Of a stretch of DNA of 64,000 bases, positions 30,070 through 38,987 are shown one piece after another. Positions within the stretch are counted from its first letter, which is position 1; each line of letters starts with the position of its first letter. Source of the stretch: an uncultured cyanobacterium. Its GTDB lineage: Bacteria; Cyanobacteriota; Cyanobacteriia; PCC-6307; Cyanobiaceae. The DNA lies in the NCBI GenBank assembly GCA_963765575.1, contig CAVXWZ010000011.1, positions 288,001-352,000 of the forward strand, in the 5' to 3' direction. The notes below the pieces were generated by a model. It ran no database searches, was not told where the DNA came from, and saw only the letters and a list, made by a program, of their open reading frames with translations. Position numbers and translations under genes: made by a program.

Positions 30070-30752
30070 GGCTGCTGCATCCGTTCAAGGGCCAGCTTGG
30101 CGCGCAACTGCACCACCGGTGCATTGTCATTCCCGGCGCTGCTCAGGTGGTGCAGTCCTCCCAGCAGCGCCTGCAGGTCCTGGCCACCCGCCTCCAGGCC
30201 TGTGGCCAGCGATTCCAGGGCCACGGCCACGGCGTAGCGCACCACCCATTCGCCGTCGCTGCCGGCGGCCAGCAGGATGTCCAGGCAACGACGTTGGATG
30301 CGCTGCCGCTCTTGCGGCTGCAGGTGCTCCAGCTGCAAATTGCCCAGGCCCCGGGCGGCGGCCCGGCGCACGCTCGCGGCCACATCGCTGCCGAGGGCCT
30401 CCACCAGCAGCTCCAGGCCCCGGGCATCGCCGATGCCGGCCAGGGCCCGCACCGCCCAGGCCCGGGCGCCGTAGTTCTCCGGATCAAGCCGCAACAGCGC
30501 CTCCACCGCCGCCCCCTGCAGCCGGATCAGCCCGTCGACGGCAGCGACGGCCGCCCCGGGGTTGTTGAACCCGAGCACCTCCACCAGCACAGTCGCGCCC
30601 TCGGGCGCGCCGCTGGCGGCCAGATCGCGGGTGGCCATCAACAGGGCCTGGCTGCTATCGGCGCGGCGCACGGCCTCCACCAGCTGCCCCAGCTTCACGG
30701 AATCCCCTGTCCCTGTTGCTCCCGCCAGCTCCTGCTTCTCCATGGGGGTCAC
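30066..30752 (-). CDS. cpcF: phycocyanobilin lyase subunit F (HEAT repeats)
   Basis: LGFNNPGAAVAAVDGL, NYGARAWA.RAL, SVRRAAARGLG, EWVVRYA; follows cpcE. Confidence 0.9.
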   Translation of the reverse strand: MTPMEKQELAGATGTGDSVKLGQLVEAVRRADSSQALLMATRDLAASGAPEGATVLVEVLGFNNPGAAVAAVDGLIRLQGAAVEALLRLDPENYGARAWAVRALAGIGDARGLELLVEALGSDVAASVRRAAARGLGNLQLEHLQPQERQRIQRRCLDILLAAGSDGEWVVRYAVAVALESLATGLEAGGQDLQALLGGLHHLSSAGNDNAPVVQLRAKLALERMQQP

Positions 30753-31597
30753 AGCAGCTCGTCCATGCAGGCCAGCAGAGCCGCCTCGGCGGGCTCGCCG
30801 CTGCCCCGTTCCACCAGACCCCGCAGGGCCATGAGCTTGAGACTGTTCTCGGCCAGGGTGCGACGGATGGGCTCCAGCGCCGGCCGCCAGCCGGCCGCTC
30901 CCAGATCCATCAGGGCGGCCCGGCGCACCTGCAGCTGGGGATCATCCAGCAGCTCCACCAGCACCGCGCCCCACCGCTGCTCGCCAGTGAGCTGAAGCAG
31001 GGCCCGGGCGGCGGCGCTGCGGATCAGGGGCCGGTCGTGATCGACGAACGGCTCCACCACCGCCAGCACCTGCGCGCTGGTCTGGCCGATGTCCCCCAGG
31101 GCCTCCAGCAGGGCTTCACAGGGCTCCATCAGCCTGGGCGTTCCGGGGCGCAGGGCTCCGGCCTGCTGCGGCCCGCTGGCCAGTCGCCGGCAGAGGGGCT
31201 CCACAGCCGCTGCAGCCCGAAGCTCGCCCAGAGCGCGCGCCGCCGCTTCCCGCAGGCCGTCATCCGGGTCCTCCAGCACCTCCATCAGGTCGGCAACCGA
31301 CGCCAGCGCCAGCGGCGCCAGTTTGCCCAGGGCCCTGGCGGCGTTGCGGGCCACGGCGTTTTCCTCAACACCGGCTCCGGGGTCGCGTGGCCGGCGCTGG
31401 CGCAGGGCCAGACGCAACAGCGGCACCGCCTCGGGATGCTGGCTGCGCATGCGTCCCAGCCACCAGGCCCCGTAGTACTGCTGTGAGCGGTCATCGCTCT
31501 GGCGCAGACGTTCGATGGCCTCGGCCTCGCTGATCGGAGCGCCCGCCTGCTGGACGGTGGGGTTGGCGGGAGCGCCGTTGCCGGAGGGGCCAGCCAT
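30749..31597 (-). CDS. cpcE: phycocyanobilin lyase subunit E (HEAT repeats)
   Basis: QYYGAWWLG, RNAARALG, RRAALMDLGA, ENSLKL.AL; downstream of cpcBA. Confidence 0.9.
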   Translation of the reverse strand: MAGPSGNGAPANPTVQQAGAPISEAEAIERLRQSDDRSQQYYGAWWLGRMRSQHPEAVPLLRLALRQRRPRDPGAGVEENAVARNAARALGKLAPLALASVADLMEVLEDPDDGLREAAARALGELRAAAAVEPLCRRLASGPQQAGALRPGTPRLMEPCEALLEALGDIGQTSAQVLAVVEPFVDHDRPLIRSAAARALLQLTGEQRWGAVLVELLDDPQLQVRRAALMDLGAAGWRPALEPIRRTLAENSLKLMALRGLVERGSGEPAEAALLACMDELL

Positions 31598-31680
31598 GGC
31601 TGCCGGTCGATTGAAAGCAGCGTACGGAAGCACCCGCGTCGGAGGACCGAACAAGCAATCAACGAGCCACAAAACAGGCC

Positions 31681-31708
31681 AAAAAAAGGCCTCCCGTTGG
31701 GGAGGCCT
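31681..31708 (-). terminator. intrinsic terminator after cpcA (copy A)
   Basis: AGGCCTCCC/GGGAGGCCT stem with T tail on the minus strand. Confidence 0.85.
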
Positions 31709-31735
31709 GGAGAAGTCTGAGAGCGTGGGGCTGGA

Positions 31736-32224
31736 TCAGACGAGGGCGGAGATGGCGTAGTCGATGTAGTTGTTGGCGATCACACCGGGGTCGCCGGAGA
31801 TGCCGTGGTTGCCCTTGATGTGGTTGAGGGCTTCGACGTACCAGGAGGGGGAGAGTTCGAAGGCACGGTTGATCTCATCGAGACCAGCGACCAGGTACTC
31901 GTCCATGGGGCCGGTGCCGCCGGCCACGAGGCAGTAGGTGACCATGCGCAGGTAGTAACCGATGTCACGGGCGCACTTGGCCTTGCCGCGGGCGTCAGAG
32001 GCGTAGTTGGACCCCTGCATCTGGGTGGTGTAGGGGAACTTGTTGTAGACGGCCTGGGCGGCGCCGTTCACAAGCTCATCAGCCTTGGCCGTGAGCACTT
32101 TGGCGGCTTCGAGGGCGTTTTTGGCGCGCTCAAAGCGACCGAAGGCAGCGTTGAGCTCGGTGTTGGAGAGGAAGCGGCCCTGGGAATCAGCAGCGGCGAC
32201 GGCTTCGGTGAGGGGGGTCTTCAT
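31736..32224 (-). CDS. cpcA: C-phycocyanin alpha subunit
   Basis: [33 protein letters not shown] (Cys84), 162 aa. Confidence 0.98.
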   Translation of the reverse strand: MKTPLTEAVAAADSQGRFLSNTELNAAFGRFERAKNALEAAKVLTAKADELVNGAAQAVYNKFPYTTQMQGSNYASDARGKAKCARDIGYYLRMVTYCLVAGGTGPMDEYLVAGLDEINRAFELSPSWYVEALNHIKGNHGISGDPGVIANNYIDYAISALV

Positions 32225-32278
32225 TGGGTTGAGAGAAGGAAGTTGAACCGATGATCAGGAGATGGAGTCCTGAGGGAT

Positions 32279-32797
32279 TCAGCCGACAGCGGCGGCGGCG
32301 CGATCGAAGTAGGTGCCGATCTCGCTCATCAGAGCGGAGCAGTCGCCGGGGGTGATGCCGTTGCGGTCGTTGGCGAGGGAGACGGCGGCGTCCTTCATCT
32401 TGCGCACGCCTTCAGCGACCGAGGCGCCGGGGACGCCGAGGGCGAGGTAGGTCTCACGCAGGCCATTGAGGCAACGGTCTTCCAGCACGGAGGCGTCACC
32501 GGTGAAGACGGCGTAGGTGACGTAGCGGAGGATGATCTCCATGTCGCGCAGGCAGGCAGCCATGCGGCGATGGGTGTAGGCGTTGCCACCAGGGGCGATC
32601 AGGGCGGGCTGGGCCTCGAAGAGATCGCGGGCCGCGTTGGTGACGATGGCGGAGGCGTTGGAGGTGATGCGGTTGACGGAATCCATCCGCTTGTTGCTGT
32701 CGGCGACCATCGCCGCGAGGGCGTCGATCTGACCAGCGTTGATGAATTCGCCGCGGGCGTCAGCCTGGGCAACGACCTTGGTGAAGGCGTCGAACAT
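32279..32797 (-). CDS. cpcB: C-phycocyanin beta subunit
   Basis: [24 protein letters not shown] (Cys82), TPGDC (Cys153), 172 aa. Confidence 0.98.
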   Translation of the reverse strand: MFDAFTKVVAQADARGEFINAGQIDALAAMVADSNKRMDSVNRITSNASAIVTNAARDLFEAQPALIAPGGNAYTHRRMAACLRDMEIILRYVTYAVFTGDASVLEDRCLNGLRETYLALGVPGASVAEGVRKMKDAAVSLANDRNGITPGDCSALMSEIGTYFDRAAAAVG

Positions 32798-32867
32798 GGG
32801 GGAGCTCCTGTTATCGACGAGGTGTCGGGGAGAGTGAATAAAGTGTGAAACAAGCTGCGGTTGCCTC

Positions 32868-32904
32868 TTGGCAATTCAGCTTGTCATTCAGCTTGGCAAT
32901 CAGC
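32868..32904. repeat. imperfect 12-13 bp tandem repeat x3 upstream of cpcB
   Basis: TTGGCAATTCAGC / TTGTCATTCAGC / TTGGCAATCAGC. Confidence 0.7.
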
Positions 32905-32999
32905 TGTGCTGAGCACCGCATCATTGTGCTTGCTTTGCCGCCACAGCCTCCGCATTGACTGCCCCCGCTTCACAAAGGGTCACTGCCAGCGACCGCCTC

Positions 33000-33098
33000 A
33001 GCGGCACTGAAGAGCGGCACTGAAGAGCGGCATTGCAGAGCGGCACTGCCGGCTGCACGGCCAAGTTGACGCCTGGCTGCACGGCCAAGTTGACGCCA
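33000..33098. repeat. 13-bp tandem x4 abutting 24-bp tandem x2
   Basis: AGCGGCACTGAAG x2 plus 2 variants, then GGCTGCACGGCCAAGTTGACGCC[T/A] x2. Confidence 0.9.
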
Positions 33099-33224
33099 GC
33101 AAAAGGGCCCGGTCGCCTGGCCACCGAGCCTCTTGAGTCTGCGCGCTGCTTGCTGTTCAAATGGCTGTCCAGGTGGCTGGGCCGTGATCCCATGGGCTGA
33201 TGATGACGGCCGCAGCAGGCTGAT

Positions 33225-34076
33225 TCAGCTCACAGGCGTGACACTGGCCACCCGGCCACCCTGACGATGGATCATCTGCTGGGTCTCCAGCAGTTTGTCG
33301 AAGGTCACGAAGCGCACCGTGTTGGCGCGCTTGTGCAGCCGGTAGTTGGTCAGGCCGGTGACCTGGACCCGATACACCTTGGCCTTCTGGCCGATGCCAC
33401 GGGCCATGCTGGTGATCCCGCCGTGGGGCGTTTTCGTGGGCTGAAAGCCTGCTCCCTTGGCATTGGGACTCACCACGGGCACCGCTCGGTTTTGGTGCAG
33501 GGCCTGGCCGAGATGGAAATTCGTGCCGGAGCTTTCACCCTTCACGGAGGCGGCGACGCCACGGGCCAGCTGCATCAGCCAGGAGAACTGTCGGCCTTCA
33601 TGACCCTTGGAGTAATCCCAGCCATGAATATAGGGCACATTTTCTTCGCCAAATCTACCCTGATACTCCTCGCTGTCGACATAGGAGTCGATCTCCGCAT
33701 CGTATCCCTGCTCTTGGAGAATAGTGAAGTGATCAAGCATCTCCTCCTTGTTGTGAGGTGCGCGGCCGAGCAGATGCTTGAAGTTCAGTTCGATGAAGTG
33801 ATAGGGATTGCAATTTTCAAAGAACTTGCTGCGATAAAGACCGCTCTTAGCTACGAGCCGTACAAATTCGCGAACACTGAGATAGCCATTCTTAAACAGT
33901 GATTCCGGCTGCGTGAGGCGTTCGCTCGCCATCACATACTGATTGCCGAGTACTTGTTTGTAGACAGCCCTGATCGTAACGGCCTTGTCTTCCTGGGAGC
34001 TGGCAGACCAGTTTTCTTTGTTGCGGTCTCCGCTGAAGCGTTCGATGCCGAGATAGGCGGCATTGGCAAGCGTCAT
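33225..34076 (-). CDS. cpcC: phycocyanin-associated rod linker polypeptide
   Basis: IRAVYKQVLGN, SVREFVR, IELNFKHLLGRAP, EIDSYVDSEEY, C-terminal CpcD-like domain. Confidence 0.9.
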   Translation of the reverse strand: MTLANAAYLGIERFSGDRNKENWSASSQEDKAVTIRAVYKQVLGNQYVMASERLTQPESLFKNGYLSVREFVRLVAKSGLYRSKFFENCNPYHFIELNFKHLLGRAPHNKEEMLDHFTILQEQGYDAEIDSYVDSEEYQGRFGEENVPYIHGWDYSKGHEGRQFSWLMQLARGVAASVKGESSGTNFHLGQALHQNRAVPVVSPNAKGAGFQPTKTPHGGITSMARGIGQKAKVYRVQVTGLTNYRLHKRANTVRFVTFDKLLETQQMIHRQGGRVASVTPVS

Positions 34077-34237
34077 GGCAAGGGCATCCAGAGGAACTGT
34101 GCGCGCAGACCCACGCACTGAATGTCAGCGTATGCCCATGCTCCTGTTTATTGTGAGGATCTGTGGCAATCTTTACAGCCTCTTTTGACGCAGCCCCGAC
34201 GTTCTCAGCTTTGGAGCGGCAAGCCACAAAACAGGCC

Positions 34238-34265
34238 AAAAAAAGGCCTCCCGTTGGGGAGGCCT
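34238..34265 (-). terminator. intrinsic terminator after cpcA (copy B)
   Basis: Identical to the copy A hairpin and T tail. Confidence 0.85.
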
Positions 34266-34292
34266 GGAGAAGTCTGAGAGCGTGGGGCTGGA

Positions 34293-34781
34293 TCAGACGA
34301 GGGCGGAGATGGCGTAGTCGATGTAGTTGTTGGCGATCACACCGGGGTCGCCGGAGATGCCGTGGTTGCCCTTGATGTGGTTGAGGGCTTCGACGTACCA
34401 GGAGGGGGAGAGTTCGAAGGCACGGTTGATCTCATCGAGACCAGCGACCAGGTACTCGTCCATGGGGCCGGTGCCGCCGGCCACGAGGCAGTAGGTGACC
34501 ATGCGCAGGTAGTAACCGATGTCACGGGCGCACTTGGCCTTGCCGCGGGCGTCGGAGGCGTAGTTGGACCCCTGCATCTGGGTGGTGTAGGGGAACTTGT
34601 TGTAGACGGCCTGGGCGGCGCCGTTCACAAGCTCATCAGCCTTGGCCGTGAGCACTTTGGCGGCTTCGAGGGCGTTTTTGGCGCGCTCAAAGCGACCGAA
34701 GGCAGCGTTGAGCTCGGTGTTGGAGAGGAAGCGGCCCTGGGAATCAGCAGCGGCGACGGCTTCGGTGAGGGGGGTCTTCAT
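34293..34781 (-). CDS. cpcA: C-phycocyanin alpha subunit (second copy)
   Basis: Protein identical to 31736-32224. Confidence 0.98.
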   Translation of the reverse strand: MKTPLTEAVAAADSQGRFLSNTELNAAFGRFERAKNALEAAKVLTAKADELVNGAAQAVYNKFPYTTQMQGSNYASDARGKAKCARDIGYYLRMVTYCLVAGGTGPMDEYLVAGLDEINRAFELSPSWYVEALNHIKGNHGISGDPGVIANNYIDYAISALV

Positions 34782-34835
34782 TGGGTTGAGAGAAGGAAGT
34801 TGAACCGATGATCAGGAGATGGAGTCCTGAGGGAT

Positions 34836-35354
34836 TCAGCCGACAGCGGCGGCGGCGCGATCGAAGTAGGTGCCGATCTCGCTCATCAGAGCGGAGCAGT
34901 CGCCGGGGGTGATGCCGTTGCGGTCGTTGGCGATGGAGACGGCGGCGTCCTTCATCTTGCGCACGCCTTCAGCGACCGAGGCGCCGGGGACGCCGAGGGC
35001 GAGGTAGGTCTCACGCAGGCCATTGAGGCAACGGTCTTCCAGCACGGAGGCGTCACCGGTGAAGACGGCGTAGGTGACGTAGCGGAGGATGATCTCCATG
35101 TCGCGCAGGCAGGCAGCCATGCGGCGATGGGTGTAGGCGTTGCCACCAGGGGCGATCAGGGCGGGCTGGGCCTCGAAGAGATCGCGGGCCGCGTTGGTGA
35201 CGATGGCGGAGGCGTTGGAGGTGATGCGGTTGACGGAATCCATCCGCTTGTTGCTGTCGGCGACCATCGCCGCGAGGGCGTCGATCTGACCAGCGTTGAT
35301 GAATTCGCCGCGGGCGTCAGCCTGGGCAACGACCTTGGTGAAGGCGTCGAACAT
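34836..35354 (-). CDS. cpcB: C-phycocyanin beta subunit (second copy)
   Basis: Same as 32279-32797 except Ile141 for Leu141; ATG at 35354. Confidence 0.98.
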   Translation of the reverse strand: MFDAFTKVVAQADARGEFINAGQIDALAAMVADSNKRMDSVNRITSNASAIVTNAARDLFEAQPALIAPGGNAYTHRRMAACLRDMEIILRYVTYAVFTGDASVLEDRCLNGLRETYLALGVPGASVAEGVRKMKDAAVSIANDRNGITPGDCSALMSEIGTYFDRAAAAVG

Positions 35355-35650
35355 GGGGGAGCTCCTGTTATCGACGAGGTGTCGGGGAGGGTGGGTACGG
35401 GCCAGGTTGGCTTGATCCAGTGCCAGCAGGTGGGCAAGCCCGCTGCGCCAGGTCCTCGTCAACTTGACGTATCCATTGTTGGTGGTAGTTGCCCGTTGGA
35501 TGGGATCAGGTTCACAAACGGTCATTGCAGCTGGGGCGACCGTCCCTGACCGATCAACAGCCCCACCCCCGGAAGCGATCAAAGACCGATGGGCACCAGC
35601 GCGGGGTGCCCATCAGACGCAAAGGAGAACGCAAAAAAAGGCCAGAACGC

Positions 35651-35674
35651 AAAAAAGGCCCGATGGAGGGCCTT
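35651..35674 (-). terminator. terminator-like hairpin after cpcD
   Basis: AAGGCCC-GATGGA-GGGCCTT with T tail on the minus strand; the tail region is tandemly duplicated (AGAACGCAAAAAA(A)GGCC x2, 35626-35660). Confidence 0.65.
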
Positions 35675-35734
35675 GACTGGGATTGCGGATTCGGATTCGG
35701 ATGCGTGCGGAGCCGCTGCCTTGCCTTCGCTGCC

Positions 35735-35992
35735 CTAGGCGTTAGATCTTGACTTCTTGCGGGCCGGTGCCGCCTTGGCAGGAGAGAGGTCACCACCATT
35801 GACCGCGACGCCGGTGATCTTGCCGCCCATCCGCTGCACCGTGCGCATGGCCTCATTCATGCGGGTGTAGGGCACATTCATGACCATGTCCGCTGTGCGG
35901 GAATAGTCATTGTTGGCCAGGCCCGTCACGGTGAAGGTGACCTGGCGGCCGCTACTGAAGCTGGTGCCGCGTGTACCTGCAGAAACCTTCAT
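35735..35992 (-). CDS. cpcD: rod-capping linker polypeptide
   Basis: F.VTGL, VPYTRMNEAMRTVQRMGGKI CpcD domain, 85 aa. Confidence 0.9.
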   Translation of the reverse strand: MKVSAGTRGTSFSSGRQVTFTVTGLANNDYSRTADMVMNVPYTRMNEAMRTVQRMGGKITGVAVNGGDLSPAKAAPARKKSRSNA

Positions 35993-36047
35993 GGCTGGAT
36001 AAGCGAAGTGAGAGGCAAAGAAAACAGAGGGGTGAAGCGTTGAAGCC

Positions 36048-36893
36048 TCAGCTCACAGGTGAAATGCTGGCGATCCGGCCACCTTCGCGCTGAATCTGCT
36101 GCTGATACTGCAGAAGCTTGTTGAAGGGGATGAAACGCACACGATTGCTGCGCTTGTGCAGACGGTAGTTGTTGAAACCTGTGATCTCAACCCGGAAGGT
36201 GCGCCCCTCTTCTCCGGAACCAACGCCTTGACGGGTGACCCCATCGCTGGCCACCTTGCGGAAAACAGAGCCCTTGGCATTGGGGCTCACAACCGGCATG
36301 GCTTGGGAGGAGTGGACCGCCGGGTTAAGACGTGACTGGGTCTTGAGCAGGTCACCGCGTACCGATGCACCGACGCCTCTGGTGAGCTGCAGCATGTAGG
36401 AGAACTGCAGACCCTGTTGGCCAACGTTGTAGTTGAAGCCGTGCATGAAAGGCACAACTTCTTCCCCGAAGCGGTCTTGGTATTCGGCGCTGTCGATGTA
36501 GGAGTCAATCTCGGCGTCGTAACCCTGCTCCTGGAGAGTCGTGAAGTGCTCAAGCATCTCTGCCTTGTTCTGGGGCGCACGACCCAGCAGATGCTTGAAG
36601 TTCAGTTCGATGAAGCGGTAGGGGTTGCAGTTTTCGAAGAACTTTTGTTTGTAGAGGCCGCTCTTGGCAACCTGACGCACGAATTCACGCACACTCAGAT
36701 AGCCACGCTTGAAGAGCGATTCCGGGCCTTCCAGGCGCTCGCTCTTCATCAGGTATTGGTTGCCGAGCACCTGGCGGTAGACAGCGCGGATGAGAATCGC
36801 CTTGTCGTTTTCAGAGGCGTTCGTCCAGTTTTCCTTGGTGCGATCGTTGGCAAAACGCTCAATGCCCAGATAGGCAGCGTTGGCGAGGGTCAT
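36048..36893 (-). CDS. cpcC: phycocyanin-associated rod linker polypeptide
   Basis: IRAVYRQVLGN, IELNFKHLLGRAP, EIDSYIDSAEY; paralogue of 33225-34076. Confidence 0.9.
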   Translation of the reverse strand: MTLANAAYLGIERFANDRTKENWTNASENDKAILIRAVYRQVLGNQYLMKSERLEGPESLFKRGYLSVREFVRQVAKSGLYKQKFFENCNPYRFIELNFKHLLGRAPQNKAEMLEHFTTLQEQGYDAEIDSYIDSAEYQDRFGEEVVPFMHGFNYNVGQQGLQFSYMLQLTRGVGASVRGDLLKTQSRLNPAVHSSQAMPVVSPNAKGSVFRKVASDGVTRQGVGSGEEGRTFRVEITGFNNYRLHKRSNRVRFIPFNKLLQYQQQIQREGGRIASISPVS

Positions 36894-37034
36894 GAACTTG
36901 CAGGGGCGGGCGAGAGGGAGGGGAGCCGCTGCGACGAGCTGTTCGTCGCCGGGCAGCTGCTGGATGCAGAGCTAGAGCAGGGAGCCGGGGGCTGGTGGCA
37001 GCACGCTGCTTGAGGGAGGATGTCGAAAGCTGAA

Positions 37035-37079
37035 CTGTTGGAGACAGATCTGCTGGAGACAGCACTGCAGGGGCAGGGC
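37035..37079. repeat. imperfect 15-bp tandem repeat upstream of cpcC
   Basis: CTGTTGGAGACAGAT / CTGCTGGAGACAGCA / CTGCAGGGGCAGGGC. Confidence 0.55.
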
Positions 37080-37309
37080 TGGTGCAAGCAGGGCTTTCGT
37101 CCGGATTCAGCCTTCGGGAGCGGGCCTGATGGCTGGCCGGTTTTCAGAGTGGATCCTATGGGCCCCTTAGGGGCTCTTCACAGCCTTTCCGGAATCGTTA
37201 CAAAACGACTGCGCGGCCCCCTGGCGCTCCGCTGAGACGTGGATACCATCACCGCGAGGGCCTCCCCCAGGGGTTGCCGCTCAGATTCACCAATCGGTTG
37301 TGGCCAGCG

Positions 37310-37849
37310 ATGTCCTCTCAGCCGCCAGGCCAGCCTTCAGACCACTCGCCAGGCGACCCGTCCGCGCGTCAGGCAGGTCCTGTTATGGCGGAGCCCTGCC
37401 AGCGTCTCGCCGAACAGCTCCACACCCTCTCGCACGTGGTGGAGACGATCACCTATCGCCTGCTGGATCTCGAAGAGCGCGTCGCGGCCCAGGCGCAACG
37501 CCTCCAGGCCCTGGTTGAGGAGGGGCCGCCGGGCTCTGCCCTCGCTTCGGCGGCTTCGGCGCAGGCTCAGGTGCGGCTCGACGACACGGAAAACCGACTC
37601 CTGCGCCTTGAATCCATGCTGTCCGGGGTCGGGGATAACGCCTCCAGCGGTCGCCTCAGTCTTGTCGGCAGCCCGAGGAGTGCCCCGCTGGACGCCAGGG
37701 CTGGCGATGACGGGGAGGAATCCTGCGCCCAGGACATCGATGGCCCTTTCCCCGAGGAGCCCGAGCAGCCGTTCCTCGATGACTTCGAGGACGTTGCTGA
37801 GGACGCCGAGGCTGTCGGTGGGCGGCCTCAGGACTTCCTCACGGCCTGA
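37310..37849 (+). CDS. hypothetical coiled-coil protein with acidic tail in the phycobilisome locus
   Basis: LAEQLHTLSHVVETITYRLLDLEERV heptads; D/E-rich C-terminus; start 37310 or 37385. Confidence 0.65.
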   Translation: MSSQPPGQPSDHSPGDPSARQAGPVMAEPCQRLAEQLHTLSHVVETITYRLLDLEERVAAQAQRLQALVEEGPPGSALASAASAQAQVRLDDTENRLLRLESMLSGVGDNASSGRLSLVGSPRSAPLDARAGDDGEESCAQDIDGPFPEEPEQPFLDDFEDVAEDAEAVGGRPQDFLTA

Positions 37850-38462
37850 AGGCCGCAAGCCATGCAGCGGGGATCTCGTCGCTGTAGTCATGGGTGCGGC
37901 TGAATTCGAAGGGTCCGGCGAGGGATCCCCACACCTGTTCGTGGCTGGTGGGGTCGTGGCCGGTGTCGATGGTGCGCATGCCGCCGGCATCGAGCTCAAG
38001 GCGGCTCACCAGATAGGTGGTGGTGCCCTTGCGTTCCACCAGGCAGCGGCAACCTGGCTCCACTTCGCCGATGAAGCCCGCGCCCTCTTCCCGCACCAGG
38101 TAGGAGCAGCCCGCCAACGGGCGCAGATCGCTGGCCTGGATCCCGGCGCGAAGGGTGCTGTCGTCCACCGACCCCCAGAAGCGCTGCTCGTCGATCACTG
38201 ACTGGTTTTCGATGATCAGATCGTCGCCGCGGCGTTCTGGGCGCAGAACCCTGATCCGGTAGGGCACGGCGGGGTTGATCGCGTAGCTCTGCTCCAGCAG
38301 CAGCGAACCGGGTGAGAGCTGGGGCAACGGCCTCATCTTCACCAGGATGTGGGCGTAGAGCGGTGGATTCTCGAAGGCTTGGTGCTGATTGCTGAAACCG
38401 CCGCTCAGCAGATGCACAAGCCGGCTCAGGGAGCTGTCCATCGGTCCATGGGGGTGGGGCAT
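37839..38462 (-). CDS. cpcT: T-type phycobiliprotein lyase (beta-153)
   Basis: FSNQHQAFENPPLYAHI, EQSY, PYRIRV, VEPGCRC, VWGS..GPFEF. Confidence 0.9.
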   Translation of the reverse strand: MPHPHGPMDSSLSRLVHLLSGGFSNQHQAFENPPLYAHILVKMRPLPQLSPGSLLLEQSYAINPAVPYRIRVLRPERRGDDLIIENQSVIDEQRFWGSVDDSTLRAGIQASDLRPLAGCSYLVREEGAGFIGEVEPGCRCLVERKGTTTYLVSRLELDAGGMRTIDTGHDPTSHEQVWGSLAGPFEFSRTHDYSDEIPAAWLAAFRP

Positions 38463-38493
38463 GGAGACTGTGGGGTGAGGCGTGGTGCCGGGA

Positions 38494-38757
38494 TCAGAGT
38501 CCCAGCAGGCGCAGGCGGAAGGCAGCCACCTGTGCGGCCAGTTCGGGCTGGCTGCGCAGGAAGGGATGCTCCGTCAGGCTTTCGAGAATCAGGGCCTGCT
38601 TGTGGTGCCGATCCAGGCCGTGGTCGGGGTGCTGTCGCTCATGCTGCAGCCAGGCCTCATCAAACGCCTGGGCAAAGCTGTCGGCGTTGTTGAACTGATG
38701 ATTGGCCAGGGGATGGGCTGAGCTCGACAGATCGCGTGTCAACGGCAGCTCGGGCAT
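38494..38757 (-). CDS. small hypothetical protein at the tRNA-Phe end of the phycobilisome locus
   Basis: FNNADSFAQAFDEAW, HPFL, AAQVAAFRLRLLGL; co-oriented with cpcT. Confidence 0.7.
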   Translation of the reverse strand: MPELPLTRDLSSSAHPLANHQFNNADSFAQAFDEAWLQHERQHPDHGLDRHHKQALILESLTEHPFLRSQPELAAQVAAFRLRLLGL

Positions 38758-38914
38758 GCTGGCAACGGGAAAACCCGGCAGCTGGAATCTCATCTTGCCA
38801 CCGAGCCAGCATTCCGCTGCGTGGCGATCCCAGGTCCCAGAAGCCAGAAAGGGCTGGTCTCCGGCAGCTCGGTCGGCCGCGACAGGTTGGTGCCGGGGCG
38901 AGTGAACAGTGGAA

Positions 38915-38987
38915 TGCCAGGACCCAGATTTGAACTGGGGACACGGCGATTTTCAGTCGCCTGCTCTACCAACTGAGCTATCCCGGC
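38915..38987 (-). tRNA. trnF: tRNA-Phe(GAA)
   Basis: GCCGGGATAGCTCAGTTGGTAGAGCAGGCGACTGAAAATCGCC...GTTCAAATC...TCCTGGCA. Confidence 0.97.

Larger units (their letters stand above)
31665..32832. repeat. 1168-bp direct repeat copy A (cpcB-cpcA plus RBS region and terminator)
   Basis: Matches 34222-35389 at offset 2557; only two differences found by eye. Confidence 0.95.
34222..35389. repeat. 1168-bp direct repeat copy B
   Basis: Matches 31665-32832. Confidence 0.95.

Noticed and set aside
33000..33098. Possible CRISPR array
   Set aside because: Repeats abut directly with no unique spacers, units are short, and there are no cas genes
31665..35389. cpcBA duplication as a pure assembly artefact
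   Set aside because: Copies differ at two sites and have distinct flanks with a unique cpcC between them; long reads would still be the final test
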